A stretch of DNA of 64,000 nt from Clostridia bacterium (GTDB lineage Bacteria; Bacillota; Clostridia; TANB77; UBA1234), in contig JAFUGC010000003.1 of the NCBI GenBank assembly GCA_017469565.1, forward strand, positions 13,656 to 77,655. Reading direction: 5' to 3'. Positions 1 through 8,435 of the stretch are shown here, in pieces. The notes below the pieces were generated by a model. It was not told where the DNA came from, made no database searches, and saw only the letters and a program-made list of their open reading frames with translations. The position numbers and the translations under genes are program-made. Position 1 is the first letter of the stretch. Every line of letters starts with the position of its first letter.

Positions 1-25
1 GATTAATCTCTTCAATTGTTTTCAT
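1..25 (-). CDS. 5' end (8 codons) of the gene downstream of the NuoE-like gene; product not assignable
   Basis: ATG at 25..23 (minus strand) follows GGAGGTG (rc of 31..37). It reads MKTIEEIN and then leaves the window. Confidence 0.35.
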
Positions 26-37
26 GCAAGCACCTCC

Positions 38-541
38 TTATTCTTCAGATTCTTTTGAATATTTATCAATTGCTTCATCTAGCATTTTCACTGTTGCATT
101 GCCATAAACTTCATCATTTATCATAAATACTGGAGCAAGTCCACAAGCACCAACGCATCTTACATCATCATAAGAAAATTTTCCGTCTGCTGTGACATCT
201 CCTGCTTTTTCAATCTTTAAACGATCTTTTACTCTATCTAAGATGGCCTGAGAACCCTTAACAAAGCAAGCTGTTCCCATACAAACAGAGATATTATATT
301 TTCCCTTTGGTTTTAGGGTAAACCTTGAATAAAATGTAATAACTCCATAAATTTCTGCCATTGGAACATTTAGATATTTTGAGATTTCTTCTTGTGCCTG
401 TTGTGGCACGTATCCAAAACGCTCCTGAACATCATTTAAAATTGCAACAAGTTTATCTTTTTCTCTTGGATAATTCTCAAGAATTTTAAGAGTCTCTTCT
501 TGCACTTTTAAAGCTGCACAATTTCCACAATTCGATTCCAT
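38..541 (-). CDS. NuoE/HndA-family thioredoxin-like [2Fe-2S] ferredoxin subunit (NADH dehydrogenase 24 kDa / hydrogenase diaphorase module)
   Basis: 167-aa ORF with Cys motifs CMGTAC...CVGACGLAPV typical of the NuoE family. AGGAGGAA RBS lies upstream. Confidence 0.8.
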   Translation of the reverse strand: MESNCGNCAALKVQEETLKILENYPREKDKLVAILNDVQERFGYVPQQAQEEISKYLNVPMAEIYGVITFYSRFTLKPKGKYNISVCMGTACFVKGSQAILDRVKDRLKIEKAGDVTADGKFSYDDVRCVGACGLAPVFMINDEVYGNATVKMLDEAIDKYSKESEE

Positions 542-846
542 ACTCTATTCCTCCTAAAATTGTACTAATCAATGCAATGTAACTTGCATTAACCTACCCT
601 CCTATTCTACAACGAACTAGGGGCAAATTTCAATATTTTTGTCGAATTTTTGATAAGAAAAATTCTGGGAAAGTTAGCTGTTTCTAACAATTCAGGACAA
701 CCTATCTAAAAAATGTAGTCCATTAGGATATGAAAATAAATGTGATACTATAAATGTATAATGAAGTTTGGGAGAATTATATGACACGAAAAATTTTTAT
801 TAATGAAAAGAAGCTAAAAGCAGAAACATAAGCAGCAATATTTTGA

Positions 847-875
847 TTGCATTATGTAAATTGCCGTGTTATAAT
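847..875 (+). promoter_or_regulatory. sigma-A-type promoter for the LRR gene pair
   Basis: TTGCAT (847..852), 17-nt spacer, TGtTATAAT (extended -10, TATAAT 870..875). Confidence 0.5.
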
Positions 876-942
876 ATGGCTGTTTACATATACCTTGTCA
901 TTTCGACAAAGAGACTTCTTAAACGAAAGGTGGTATTTACAG

Positions 943-3729
943 GTGACTAAAAAGCAATTAGACGCGATTGAAGTAATGCTCCTAAAGATTGACGAAAATG
1001 ATTCCTATAAGGCTCCTTTGGAAAAAGAATACGAGCTTTACCGGACTTCATTAGAATCGATTCCCAGAGACGTGAATGTTCCACAAACACTTTCCACAAG
1101 TGTATTTTCCATGGAACAACGGTTAAGAAATTATGTGATTTTAGGCAAATCAAGTAACCCTCTTTTAGAACTGGCACCAACCATTTCCCCAAAAATCACA
1201 AGCGAAGAGGACAAAAAAGAACTTGTAAATCTTGCAAATTCAAATGCCTCGTATATTGCAAACCGGAAATCAAGCCTTGCTATCTTGAAATCGTATTTAG
1301 ATAAGATTGATTTTCAGGGGAATCTGGAAGACATTTGCTCCACCATTAAGCTGGTGCAAGAAAAGTATGAAAAGACGAATATTTTTTCTAATGAATTTGA
1401 GCAAGAGATTACTAGGGCCAAGTATTTTTATGAACTCAGGCTTTTATATGATGGTGAGCTTTCTCGTGCCAGCGAATATGCAACGCATTTTGATTCTGGC
1501 ATGATTTTGTTTCTTCATAAGCATCATCAAGATACGGTCCATAGGCTTTTGGAAGAGGGAAGGTCCAGGCTTGCCGAAGAACTCAATACTTTTCTGACTG
1601 AAATGCCTCAGGATAAGGAAAAGGATATTGCGTTTTGGAAAGTCTTGGCGCAAATTGAAAACCCGGAGTATAATCCCAACAGCGACATTATCATTGATGA
1701 AAGCAATTCTATCGTGGTAGATGAGATAGAAGAAACAACCAAAGAGATTACGACCGTGAAGAAAAGACGGTTCTTATCTTTGAGAAATCTCTTCCAAAGA
1801 AAAAGTTTGAGCGTTCCGGGGGAAAGTATGATTGTTTCGGCTTCCAAAACAAAAAACTCCAAGTACTACAGTGCTTCATTGAATTCAGAAAGTGTGGTCA
1901 TTCATTTAACCCTTAACTTTGAGTTTTATATGCTCCAAGACGAATTAGACAAATTAGAGAATTTATTATCTACTTGGTACAAAAAGGAGAGCGAGCCGTT
2001 TTCCAATGTATCCGTTTATGTAACAGAAGTGTATAGCACTCCCATGTTTGAAAAATATGAGTATGCCGATTTAGGGAGAATTGTCCGAAGGCTTACCAAT
2101 TATGCTCATATCACTCTTTTGGACGTGAAAGTTTCTCAAAAGAGCCATATTTATGAGATAACGGAGGGTATGTTTCAAGGAACGTATTTTGACACTTTTG
2201 TAGTTCATGGTGGTTTATGGAAAATTGGTCCCTTTGCCTTCTATAAGACGCATTTCTTGCAAAAAGTGGACTTTAGCGATGCCAAGATTTATCACATCAA
2301 AGATTATGCGTTTAGTGAGGCACAAAATTTGACAGAGGTTATCTTACCTGAAATTTCAACTGCCATCATGGATAGTCATGATTTAGGTGCTTATGTTTTT
2401 GAAAACTGTTATTCGCTGACTAAATTTGAATTCCCATACAATCTCACTGAGATTAATGAGGGGTTCTTTAAAGGGTGCAGAAAGCTGACGTCAGTTGGCT
2501 ATCTTGGCCAAATTACCCGGATTGGTGACAGAGCATTTGAAGGCTGTGAGAATTTTTCTGATTTTCCTTTTTCCTCTGATATTGAAGAAGTAGGGCATAG
2601 AGCCTTCTTTGGATGCAAGTTACTCACGGATTTTAGCTTTAAAAATATACGCCGTATTGGAGACTATGCATTTGCAGAAACGGGCCTTAAAAGTGTTACC
2701 TTAACACTAGAACTCCATCAGGTGGGAGTTGGTATTTTTTCTAAGAGTAATCTCCATTCTGTATGGATAGAAGACTCTTTGGTATTAACTTCTGAAATTT
2801 TTAAGGGCTGTCAAAACTTGGAGCGCGTACATCTGGATGATGGCATTGCCGTATTTGGAGATGCTTGTTTTGAGGATTGCAAAAATCTTGAAAGCGTGAA
2901 TATTCCAAGTATCCTTGGTCAATTAGGAGAAAAGTGCTTTAAGAATTGCAAAAGTCTATCGGTATTGGAATTTCCTGTTGGTTGCAGAAGAATCGGAGCG
3001 GAATGCTTTAGTGGCTGTGATGGACTCACCAAATTTCAGCTCCCAAAAGTGGATGTGATTGAGCCAAAACTGTTCTATGAATGCACTCATTTAGAAACTG
3101 TTACATTTGCGGATGAAAAGGAATTGCTAGAAATATCCGAAAAGGCGTTTTGCCTGTGCGGTAGGCTAAGAGACTTTAAGATTCCGTCAAATGTGAAAGC
3201 GATTGGAAACGGTGCCTTTGCAGGAACGGATTTGGAAAAAGTTATCCTTCCGGATTCTCTCACAGATTTAGGAGAAGGTGTTTTTAATGAATGCAGACGC
3301 TTGGAAGAAGTAACGCTGTCCAAGTATCTAAGAGAAATTAAAGCGGAAACGTTCAGAAACTGCTATAATTTGTGTGAAATAGACCTGTCTCCTTGCTATA
3401 TCAGTACTATTGGAAAATACGCATTTGCCAGATGTGATTCCTTAAAAAAGATTGTGCTATCGGTAGGAATCCGAAAAGTATACAAAAGTTCTTTTGAAAA
3501 AGTTTATAGCATAGATACGATTGTGGTTCCAGTGAAGCTGATTGGCTTATCAAAGGAGGAACAAGAACGAATCCACGAAGATTATACGCCACTATACAGT
3601 TTCTTGGAAAACAGCCTAGGCTTAAGCGAGGATTTTAGCATTGTTAGTGTTAGTATGGAAGCAGAGGAAACGGTTGCGATTCAGCTGAATTTCCATTATG
3701 GAAGTGCTAAAGTAACCCTTGCCAAGTAA
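943..3729 (+). CDS. BspA-type leucine-rich-repeat protein, paralog A (novel helical N-domain + LRR_5-like repeats)
   Basis: ORF 847..3729, with the start moved to GTG 943 (AAAGGTGG upstream) because the alignment to the downstream paralog begins there (..NDSYKAPLEKEY vs ..NDTYKAALEKEY). The C-terminal half is many ~23-25 aa repeats of the I..IG..AF..C..L type. No signal peptide was seen. Confidence 0.75.
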   Translation: MTKKQLDAIEVMLLKIDENDSYKAPLEKEYELYRTSLESIPRDVNVPQTLSTSVFSMEQRLRNYVILGKSSNPLLELAPTISPKITSEEDKKELVNLANSNASYIANRKSSLAILKSYLDKIDFQGNLEDICSTIKLVQEKYEKTNIFSNEFEQEITRAKYFYELRLLYDGELSRASEYATHFDSGMILFLHKHHQDTVHRLLEEGRSRLAEELNTFLTEMPQDKEKDIAFWKVLAQIENPEYNPNSDIIIDESNSIVVDEIEETTKEITTVKKRRFLSLRNLFQRKSLSVPGESMIVSASKTKNSKYYSASLNSESVVIHLTLNFEFYMLQDELDKLENLLSTWYKKESEPFSNVSVYVTEVYSTPMFEKYEYADLGRIVRRLTNYAHITLLDVKVSQKSHIYEITEGMFQGTYFDTFVVHGGLWKIGPFAFYKTHFLQKVDFSDAKIYHIKDYAFSEAQNLTEVILPEISTAIMDSHDLGAYVFENCYSLTKFEFPYNLTEINEGFFKGCRKLTSVGYLGQITRIGDRAFEGCENFSDFPFSSDIEEVGHRAFFGCKLLTDFSFKNIRRIGDYAFAETGLKSVTLTLELHQVGVGIFSKSNLHSVWIEDSLVLTSEIFKGCQNLERVHLDDGIAVFGDACFEDCKNLESVNIPSILGQLGEKCFKNCKSLSVLEFPVGCRRIGAECFSGCDGLTKFQLPKVDVIEPKLFYECTHLETVTFADEKELLEISEKAFCLCGRLRDFKIPSNVKAIGNGAFAGTDLEKVILPDSLTDLGEGVFNECRRLEEVTLSKYLREIKAETFRNCYNLCEIDLSPCYISTIGKYAFARCDSLKKIVLSVGIRKVYKSSFEKVYSIDTIVVPVKLIGLSKEEQERIHEDYTPLYSFLENSLGLSEDFSIVSVSMEAEETVAIQLNFHYGSAKVTLAK

Positions 3730-3745
3730 AAAGGAGGGGTAGTCA

Positions 3746-5830
3746 GTGATTATGGGTAACGATTTAAACAGAATTGGTATTTATATTTCTAAGCTAGCCC
3801 CGAATGACACATATAAGGCTGCTTTAGAAAAAGAGTATCATTTTTATCGGGAAGTTTTAGAGGCTTTTCCGGCAGATTCTGCTCTGCCGGAAGAGCTTAT
3901 TTCGAGCATTTATTCTTTGCTTCAAAGAATCAAAAACTATGTGGTTTTTGGTAACACCAGTAATCCTTTAGTGCCTATCGTTCCCTATATGACAGAGCTG
4001 ATTGACTGTGAAAATGACAAAGAAAAAATCATTGCAAAAGCCAAGACAAATCCTTCCTTTATTGCTAATAGAAGGCAGAAACTTGCTATTTTCAAACAGC
4101 TTTTAGATGCCATTGACTATGGCGGAGAAAGAAAGGATATTCGGGGAACCATCGATCTTGCCACTACAGAATATGAAAAGAGTAATATTTACGCAAGTGA
4201 TTTTGAGCAAGAAATTGCCAAGGCAAAGTATTTTTATATGATAAGACTAATCATGGATGATGCGATAGACGATGCCAATATACTTGCACAAGATTTTGAG
4301 ACAGATATGCTTCTTTTTATGCATCTTAGGCATAAGGATAGTGTTTCACATCTTTTAAAAGAAAGCAAAGCGATGCTGGCAAATGAAATGTATCATTTTT
4401 TAAATGAGTTCCAGGATGGTAAGATTCATGATATTGAATTTTGGAAGATTCTCGCACAAATTGAAAATCCGGAATGGATGCTAAAAGAAGAGAGAAAAGA
4501 AGAAAAGAATCAAGAAGAATTGGAAAATGAAACTTCCTTGGAAGAATTGATAATGGACAAAGAGCCTGCAACAAGCAAGCACAGTTTATTTGAAGTCATT
4601 TCAAGAAAACGGATAGAAAGAAAATTCTATACGGTAGTTTCAGAAGAACACGAATATATCCATATTACTTTGAAACATTTTCAGGGATTTATCATGCCTA
4701 AAGCGGAAATAAAAAAGCTTAATCATTTTTTAAGGAAGCTGGGAGGCTCTCATGGAGAGCATTATAAAACAATAACAATTCAAACCTTTGCTTACAATAA
4801 AGTTCATAGCTATGATTTACGGGATACTCTTTCGATTCGTCATGTGATTGAGTGTATTAGCTATTATCTGCCATCTTCACAATTGGTTCTTGATTTTTCT
4901 TACTGTCATACAACTCACATTCCTCAAGAATTTTTTGAAAATCTAAGCATTACAAAAGTGGTGTTACCATACGATTTGCAGGTGATAGAAGATTTTGCTT
5001 TTCATGGTTGCAAAGAATTAGAAGAAGTTATCTTTCCTGAAAAGTTGCTTGAGATTCGCACGGGAGCATTTCTCGGGTGTTTCAAATTAAAACAAGCAGA
5101 CTTAAGTAAAACATCACTGAAAAAGAATGGCTTGAAAAATAGATGCTTTGAAAGTTGCACTGACCTTGAAAAAGTTCTTTTTAATGATGAATTACAAGTA
5201 ATTGGTGAGGAGGCATTTAGATGTTGTGAGTCACTAAGGCAGATTTCATTGAAAAATGTTTCCATTATTGAGCCATATGCATTTTTGTATTGTTACCACT
5301 TAGGAAAAGTAGAAGAAACGCAAAACTTAACAATGATAGGGACAAGTGCTTTTAAAGAATGTAAAAATCTTAAGCATTTTAATTTTCCAACCTATTATGA
5401 TGAAACAGAACTTATCATTGAAGAAGAAGCCTTTGCTTTAAGCGGACTTAAAAAAATGTATATGGATTGCATCCACTTAAGTATAGGGGAAGGCATTTTC
5501 AAAAACACTAATTTGAAGAAAGCTGAGATTCATAGCACTATCACAAGTCTTCCAGAAAGTACTTTTGAGGGATGTTCCGAATTAGAAGAAGTCATTTTAC
5601 CCGCTAATCTAGAAACGCTAGAAGAGGGCTGTTTTAAGGAATGCATTTCTTTAAAAGTGATAGATCTTCCAAAATCTTTAAAAAGAATTAACCGAGATAG
5701 TTTTAGAGATTGTGAAGAAATTGAAATGATTCATTTTTCAGGACAGCTTGAATATGTTGGAGATAATGCCTTTTGTGGCTGCGATGCTTTAGACCTGAAA
5801 AAACTCAACTTTATGACACCAATAGACTAA
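3746..5830 (+). CDS. BspA-type leucine-rich-repeat protein, paralog B
   Basis: 694-aa ORF with AAGGAGGGG RBS. The N-terminal ~250 aa are collinear with paralog A (FWKVLAQIENPEY / FWKILAQIENPEW). The C-terminal LRR_5-like repeats read AF.GC..L..v.lP. Confidence 0.75.
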   Translation: MIMGNDLNRIGIYISKLAPNDTYKAALEKEYHFYREVLEAFPADSALPEELISSIYSLLQRIKNYVVFGNTSNPLVPIVPYMTELIDCENDKEKIIAKAKTNPSFIANRRQKLAIFKQLLDAIDYGGERKDIRGTIDLATTEYEKSNIYASDFEQEIAKAKYFYMIRLIMDDAIDDANILAQDFETDMLLFMHLRHKDSVSHLLKESKAMLANEMYHFLNEFQDGKIHDIEFWKILAQIENPEWMLKEERKEEKNQEELENETSLEELIMDKEPATSKHSLFEVISRKRIERKFYTVVSEEHEYIHITLKHFQGFIMPKAEIKKLNHFLRKLGGSHGEHYKTITIQTFAYNKVHSYDLRDTLSIRHVIECISYYLPSSQLVLDFSYCHTTHIPQEFFENLSITKVVLPYDLQVIEDFAFHGCKELEEVIFPEKLLEIRTGAFLGCFKLKQADLSKTSLKKNGLKNRCFESCTDLEKVLFNDELQVIGEEAFRCCESLRQISLKNVSIIEPYAFLYCYHLGKVEETQNLTMIGTSAFKECKNLKHFNFPTYYDETELIIEEEAFALSGLKKMYMDCIHLSIGEGIFKNTNLKKAEIHSTITSLPESTFEGCSELEEVILPANLETLEEGCFKECISLKVIDLPKSLKRINRDSFRDCEEIEMIHFSGQLEYVGDNAFCGCDALDLKKLNFMTPID

Positions 5831-5836
5831 ATTATA

Positions 5837-5865
5837 CTCGCTAGAATTTTCTAGCGAGTTTTTTA
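5837..5865 (+). terminator. rho-independent terminator of the LRR gene pair
   Basis: CTCGCTAGAA-TT-TTCTAGCGAG followed by a T7 run. Confidence 0.85.
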
Positions 5866-5868
5866 TTC

Positions 5869-6100
5869 TGCATTTGGGGATGCAATTGGGGGACACCTTC
5901 CAAAGAGGTGCATTTGGGGATGCAATTGGGGATGCATTTGGGGACACCTTCCAAAAGCATCATATGTCATGCACATTTGGAGATGCATTAGGAAGGTGTC
6001 CCCGAATGCATGACATATGATGCTTTTGGAAGGTGTCCCCAAATGCATCCCCAAATGCATCCCCAAATGCACCTCTTTGGAAAGTGTCCCCAATTGCATC
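5869..6100. repeat. ~230-bp composite palindrome built from 12-bp TGCAWTTGGGGA units and GGAAGGTGTCCCC motifs
   Basis: The left arm (5869..5973) is the near-exact reverse complement of the right arm (6007..6100). The central 33 nt carry one more GGAAGGTGTCCCC. Confidence 0.85.
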
Positions 6101-6163
6101 TTGCCAAACAGTGAAAAGTACAGTATACTAGTCATGAAAATTGAAAGAATAGGAGAGGATAAC

Positions 6164-6541
6164 GTGAGTGAATTAAAAGTATATAAGTGTACAATTTGTG
6201 GAACAACGGTAGAAATTTTAAATGGAAATGGTAGTAGCCTTACTTGTTGCGGACAAAATATGGTGGAGCTAAAAGCAAATACAGCAGATGCTGCTGCAGA
6301 AAAACATGTTCCAGTCATTGAAAAAGAGGGAGACAAAATTCTTGTGAAAGTAGGAGAGGTGCCACATCCAATGGACCCTGACCATTACATTGTGTGGATT
6401 GCAATGGTAAGTGATGAAAAGGTGGTTAAGGTAAATTTAAAACCTGGTGATAAACCAGAGGCAACCTTCTGTTATGTTCCAGGAGCTACTGTTTATGCAT
6501 ATTGTAATAAACATAACCTTTGGAAAAAGGATGTAGAATAA
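6164..6541 (+). CDS. dfx: desulfoferrodoxin (2Fe superoxide reductase)
   Basis: The ORF-track N-terminus (6017..6163, KCIPKCIPKC) is read-through of the repeat. GTG 6164 after AGGAGAGG gives SELKVYKCTICG..LTCCG (desulforedoxin-type Cys) plus a SOR domain (HPMDPDHYI.., CNKHNLW). Confidence 0.85.
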   Translation: MSELKVYKCTICGTTVEILNGNGSSLTCCGQNMVELKANTADAAAEKHVPVIEKEGDKILVKVGEVPHPMDPDHYIVWIAMVSDEKVVKVNLKPGDKPEATFCYVPGATVYAYCNKHNLWKKDVE

Positions 6542-6546
6542 CAAAA

Positions 6547-6586
6547 ATAATAAGCATGCTAAAAATTAGTATGCTTATTATTTTTA
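6547..6586 (+). terminator. rho-independent terminator after dfx
   Basis: ATAATAAGCAT ... ATGCTTATTAT stem followed by a T-run. Confidence 0.7.
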
Positions 6587-6662
6587 TGCATATTATCACT
6601 TGATTTTTTGAAAGTTAGATAATATAATGCAATTGTAACAATGACCAGAAAGGAAAGAAGAC

Positions 6663-7127
6663 ATGCCAGAAGAATTTATGAAAGAAGCCTTAAAGGAAGC
6701 CCAAAAAGCTATGAGTAAAGAGGAAGTTCCAATAGGTGCTGTTATAGTAAAAGACGGGAAAATAATTGCAAGAGGACATAATTTACGAGAAACCAAAAAA
6801 GATGCATGTGCTCATGCAGAAATTATTGCAATTCAAAAAGCATGTAAGAAATTAGATGCATGGAGACTAGAAGACTGTGAAATCTATGTAACACTAGAAC
6901 CCTGTTCCATGTGTGCTGGTGCAATCATGAATGCAAGAATAAAAAAACTATATATTGGTGCCATGGAACCTAAGTCTGGAAGTGTGGGATCCAAATTAAA
7001 TTTGTTGGGTGATTATACTTTCAATCATAAAGTAGAGGTGGTTACTGGCATTTGTGAAGAAGAATCTGTAAGGCTACTAAAGGATTTTTTTCAATATTTA
7101 AGGAAAAAGGATAAGGAGAAAAAATAG
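6663..7127 (+). CDS. tadA: tRNA adenosine(34) deaminase
   Basis: CMP/dCMP-deaminase zinc motifs HAEIIAI and PCSMCAGAI; 154 aa. Confidence 0.9.
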   Translation: MPEEFMKEALKEAQKAMSKEEVPIGAVIVKDGKIIARGHNLRETKKDACAHAEIIAIQKACKKLDAWRLEDCEIYVTLEPCSMCAGAIMNARIKKLYIGAMEPKSGSVGSKLNLLGDYTFNHKVEVVTGICEEESVRLLKDFFQYLRKKDKEKK

Positions 7128-7167
7128 TTTTTGGATGTCAAAAGAAAAATAGAAGTGATAAGAAAGG

Positions 7168-7587
7168 ATGAATGAAATGGAAAATATAACCGCATATTTT
7201 AGAAGTATTACACAGGCAGAGTATCATAAAGTTTATAAGAGATTAGAAAAATATAATTTGGTGAATGGGCAAGCAAGCTTACTTTCTATTATCAAGGAAA
7301 ATGATGGGCTTTCTCAAAATGAGCTTGCAAACATTTTAAATGTAAAACCTTCTTCTATGAGCGAAAGAATTAATAAGCTAGAAGCACTCGGATACATTAA
7401 TAGAATAGTTGATGAAGATAATTTGAGAATGAAGAGAATTTTTATTACTACAGAGGGTAAGAAAGCAGCAGTTCAGTGTAAAAGAATTTTGAATGAATTT
7501 GAAGAAACATTATTTGCGGGATTTACCAAGAAGGATAAACGTATGCTTGAAAACTATTTGCAGAAGATGTTGCAAAACTTAGAATAA
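7168..7587 (+). CDS. MarR-family transcriptional regulator
   Basis: 139 aa with a winged-helix region LSQNELANILNVKPSSMSERINKLEALGYINR typical of MarR. The start could instead be ATG 7177. Confidence 0.8.
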   Translation: MNEMENITAYFRSITQAEYHKVYKRLEKYNLVNGQASLLSIIKENDGLSQNELANILNVKPSSMSERINKLEALGYINRIVDEDNLRMKRIFITTEGKKAAVQCKRILNEFEETLFAGFTKKDKRMLENYLQKMLQNLE

Positions 7588-7625
7588 AAATAGAATGTTT
7601 TATGAATAGTTTTTAAAATAAAAAG

Positions 7626-7659
7626 GCTTGCAGTTTTAACACTGCAAGCTCATTTTTTC
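7626..7659. terminator. bidirectional terminator between the marR-like gene and the AKP-repeat gene
   Basis: GCTTGCAGT-TTTAAC-ACTGCAAGC, flanked by A-run and T-run. Confidence 0.75.
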
Positions 7660-7668
7660 TTTTGTACC

Positions 7669-8106
7669 TTATTTTGCTTTTTTAGCAACTGGCTTTTTAG
7701 CAACTGGTTTAGCAGCTGTTTTTTTAGCAGCTGGTTTAGCAGCAGCCGTTTTCTTAGCAGCTGGTTTAGCAGCAGCTGTTTTCTTAGCAGCTGGTTTAGC
7801 AGCAGCTGTCTTCTTAGCAGCTGGTTTAGCAGCAGCTGTCTTTTTAGCAGCTGGTTTAGCAGCAGCCGTTTTCTTAGCAGCTGGTTTAGCAGCAGCTGTT
7901 TTCTTAGCAGCTGGTTTAGCAGCAGCTGTCTTTTTAGCAGCTGGTTTAGCAGCAGCTGTCTTTTTAGCAGCAGGCTTAGCAGCAGCTGTTTTCTTAGCAG
8001 CTGGTTTAGCAGCTACTTTTTTAGTAGCAGTTTTAGCAGCAACTGTTTTTTTAGCAGCTGGTTTAGTTGTAGCCTTTTTAGCTGTAGTTTTTTTAGCTGT
8101 TGGCAT
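7669..8106 (-). CDS. histone-H1-like, extremely basic Ala/Lys/Pro repeat protein
   Basis: 145 aa, about ten tandem copies of AKPAAKKTAA. GGGGGG/AGAGGG purine-rich RBS region upstream. Confidence 0.7.
   Translation of the reverse strand: MPTAKKTTAKKATTKPAAKKTVAAKTATKKVAAKPAAKKTAAAKPAAKKTAAAKPAAKKTAAAKPAAKKTAAAKPAAKKTAAAKPAAKKTAAAKPAAKKTAAAKPAAKKTAAAKPAAKKTAAAKPAAKKTAAKPVAKKPVAKKAK
7725..8013. repeat. 30-bp tandem DNA repeat (about 10 copies) inside the AKP-repeat CDS
   Basis: GCAGCTGGTTTAGCAGCAGC(T/C)GT(C/T)TT(C/T)TTA is reiterated head-to-tail with only synonymous-type variation. Confidence 0.9.
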
Positions 8107-8246
8107 GTGAATTGCCCCCCTCTCTTTTGTAAAACCTTCTTTTGTAAGTTTTATTTTTAATCATGAAGTTCATCTATTACAATTAAAATATAACTAATTT
8201 AGACATTTTTTGCAATAGAAAAATGAAAAAATTTTTTTGAAATTAA

Positions 8247-8264
8247 TTATTAGTATACTAATAA
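8247..8264. promoter_or_regulatory. perfect 18-bp palindrome in a very AT-rich divergent promoter region
   Basis: TTATTAGTA|TACTAATAA. Related TACTAATAAT / TATACTAGTA copies lie nearby. Confidence 0.4.
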
Positions 8265-8435
8265 TTAACGTACTAATAATATAAAACATAGAGTGGTACA
8301 AATAAGAAAAAATATTATAAAAATAACACTTTTGAAAAATTTTTTAATTTTTTTAAAAGAATCAAAAAAATTTAAAAAAATTTTTAAATATATACTAGTA
8401 TTTTAAAATAAAATGTAATATAATCCTTTCTAAGG

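Noticed and set aside
781-831. 16-codon ORF MTRKIFINEKKLKAET upstream of the LRR genes
   Set aside because: It has a GGGAGA RBS-like sequence but lies upstream of the predicted promoter of the LRR pair. There is no associated terminator or attenuator structure, so the evidence is insufficient.
5863-6336. 157-aa minus-strand ORF (..HLGMHLGMHLG..) and the first ~49 codons of plus-strand ORF 6017..6541 (KCIPKCIPKC)
   Set aside because: Both are translations of the composite palindromic repeat. They have no RBS, their periodic peptide sequence mirrors the 12-bp DNA unit, and the minus ORF runs antisense into dfx. The real dfx starts at GTG 6164.
7725-8013. Possible CRISPR or minisatellite from 30-bp tandem repeats
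   Set aside because: The repeats are contiguous (no spacers) and lie in frame inside a CDS with an RBS, encoding the AKPAAKKTAA protein repeat.
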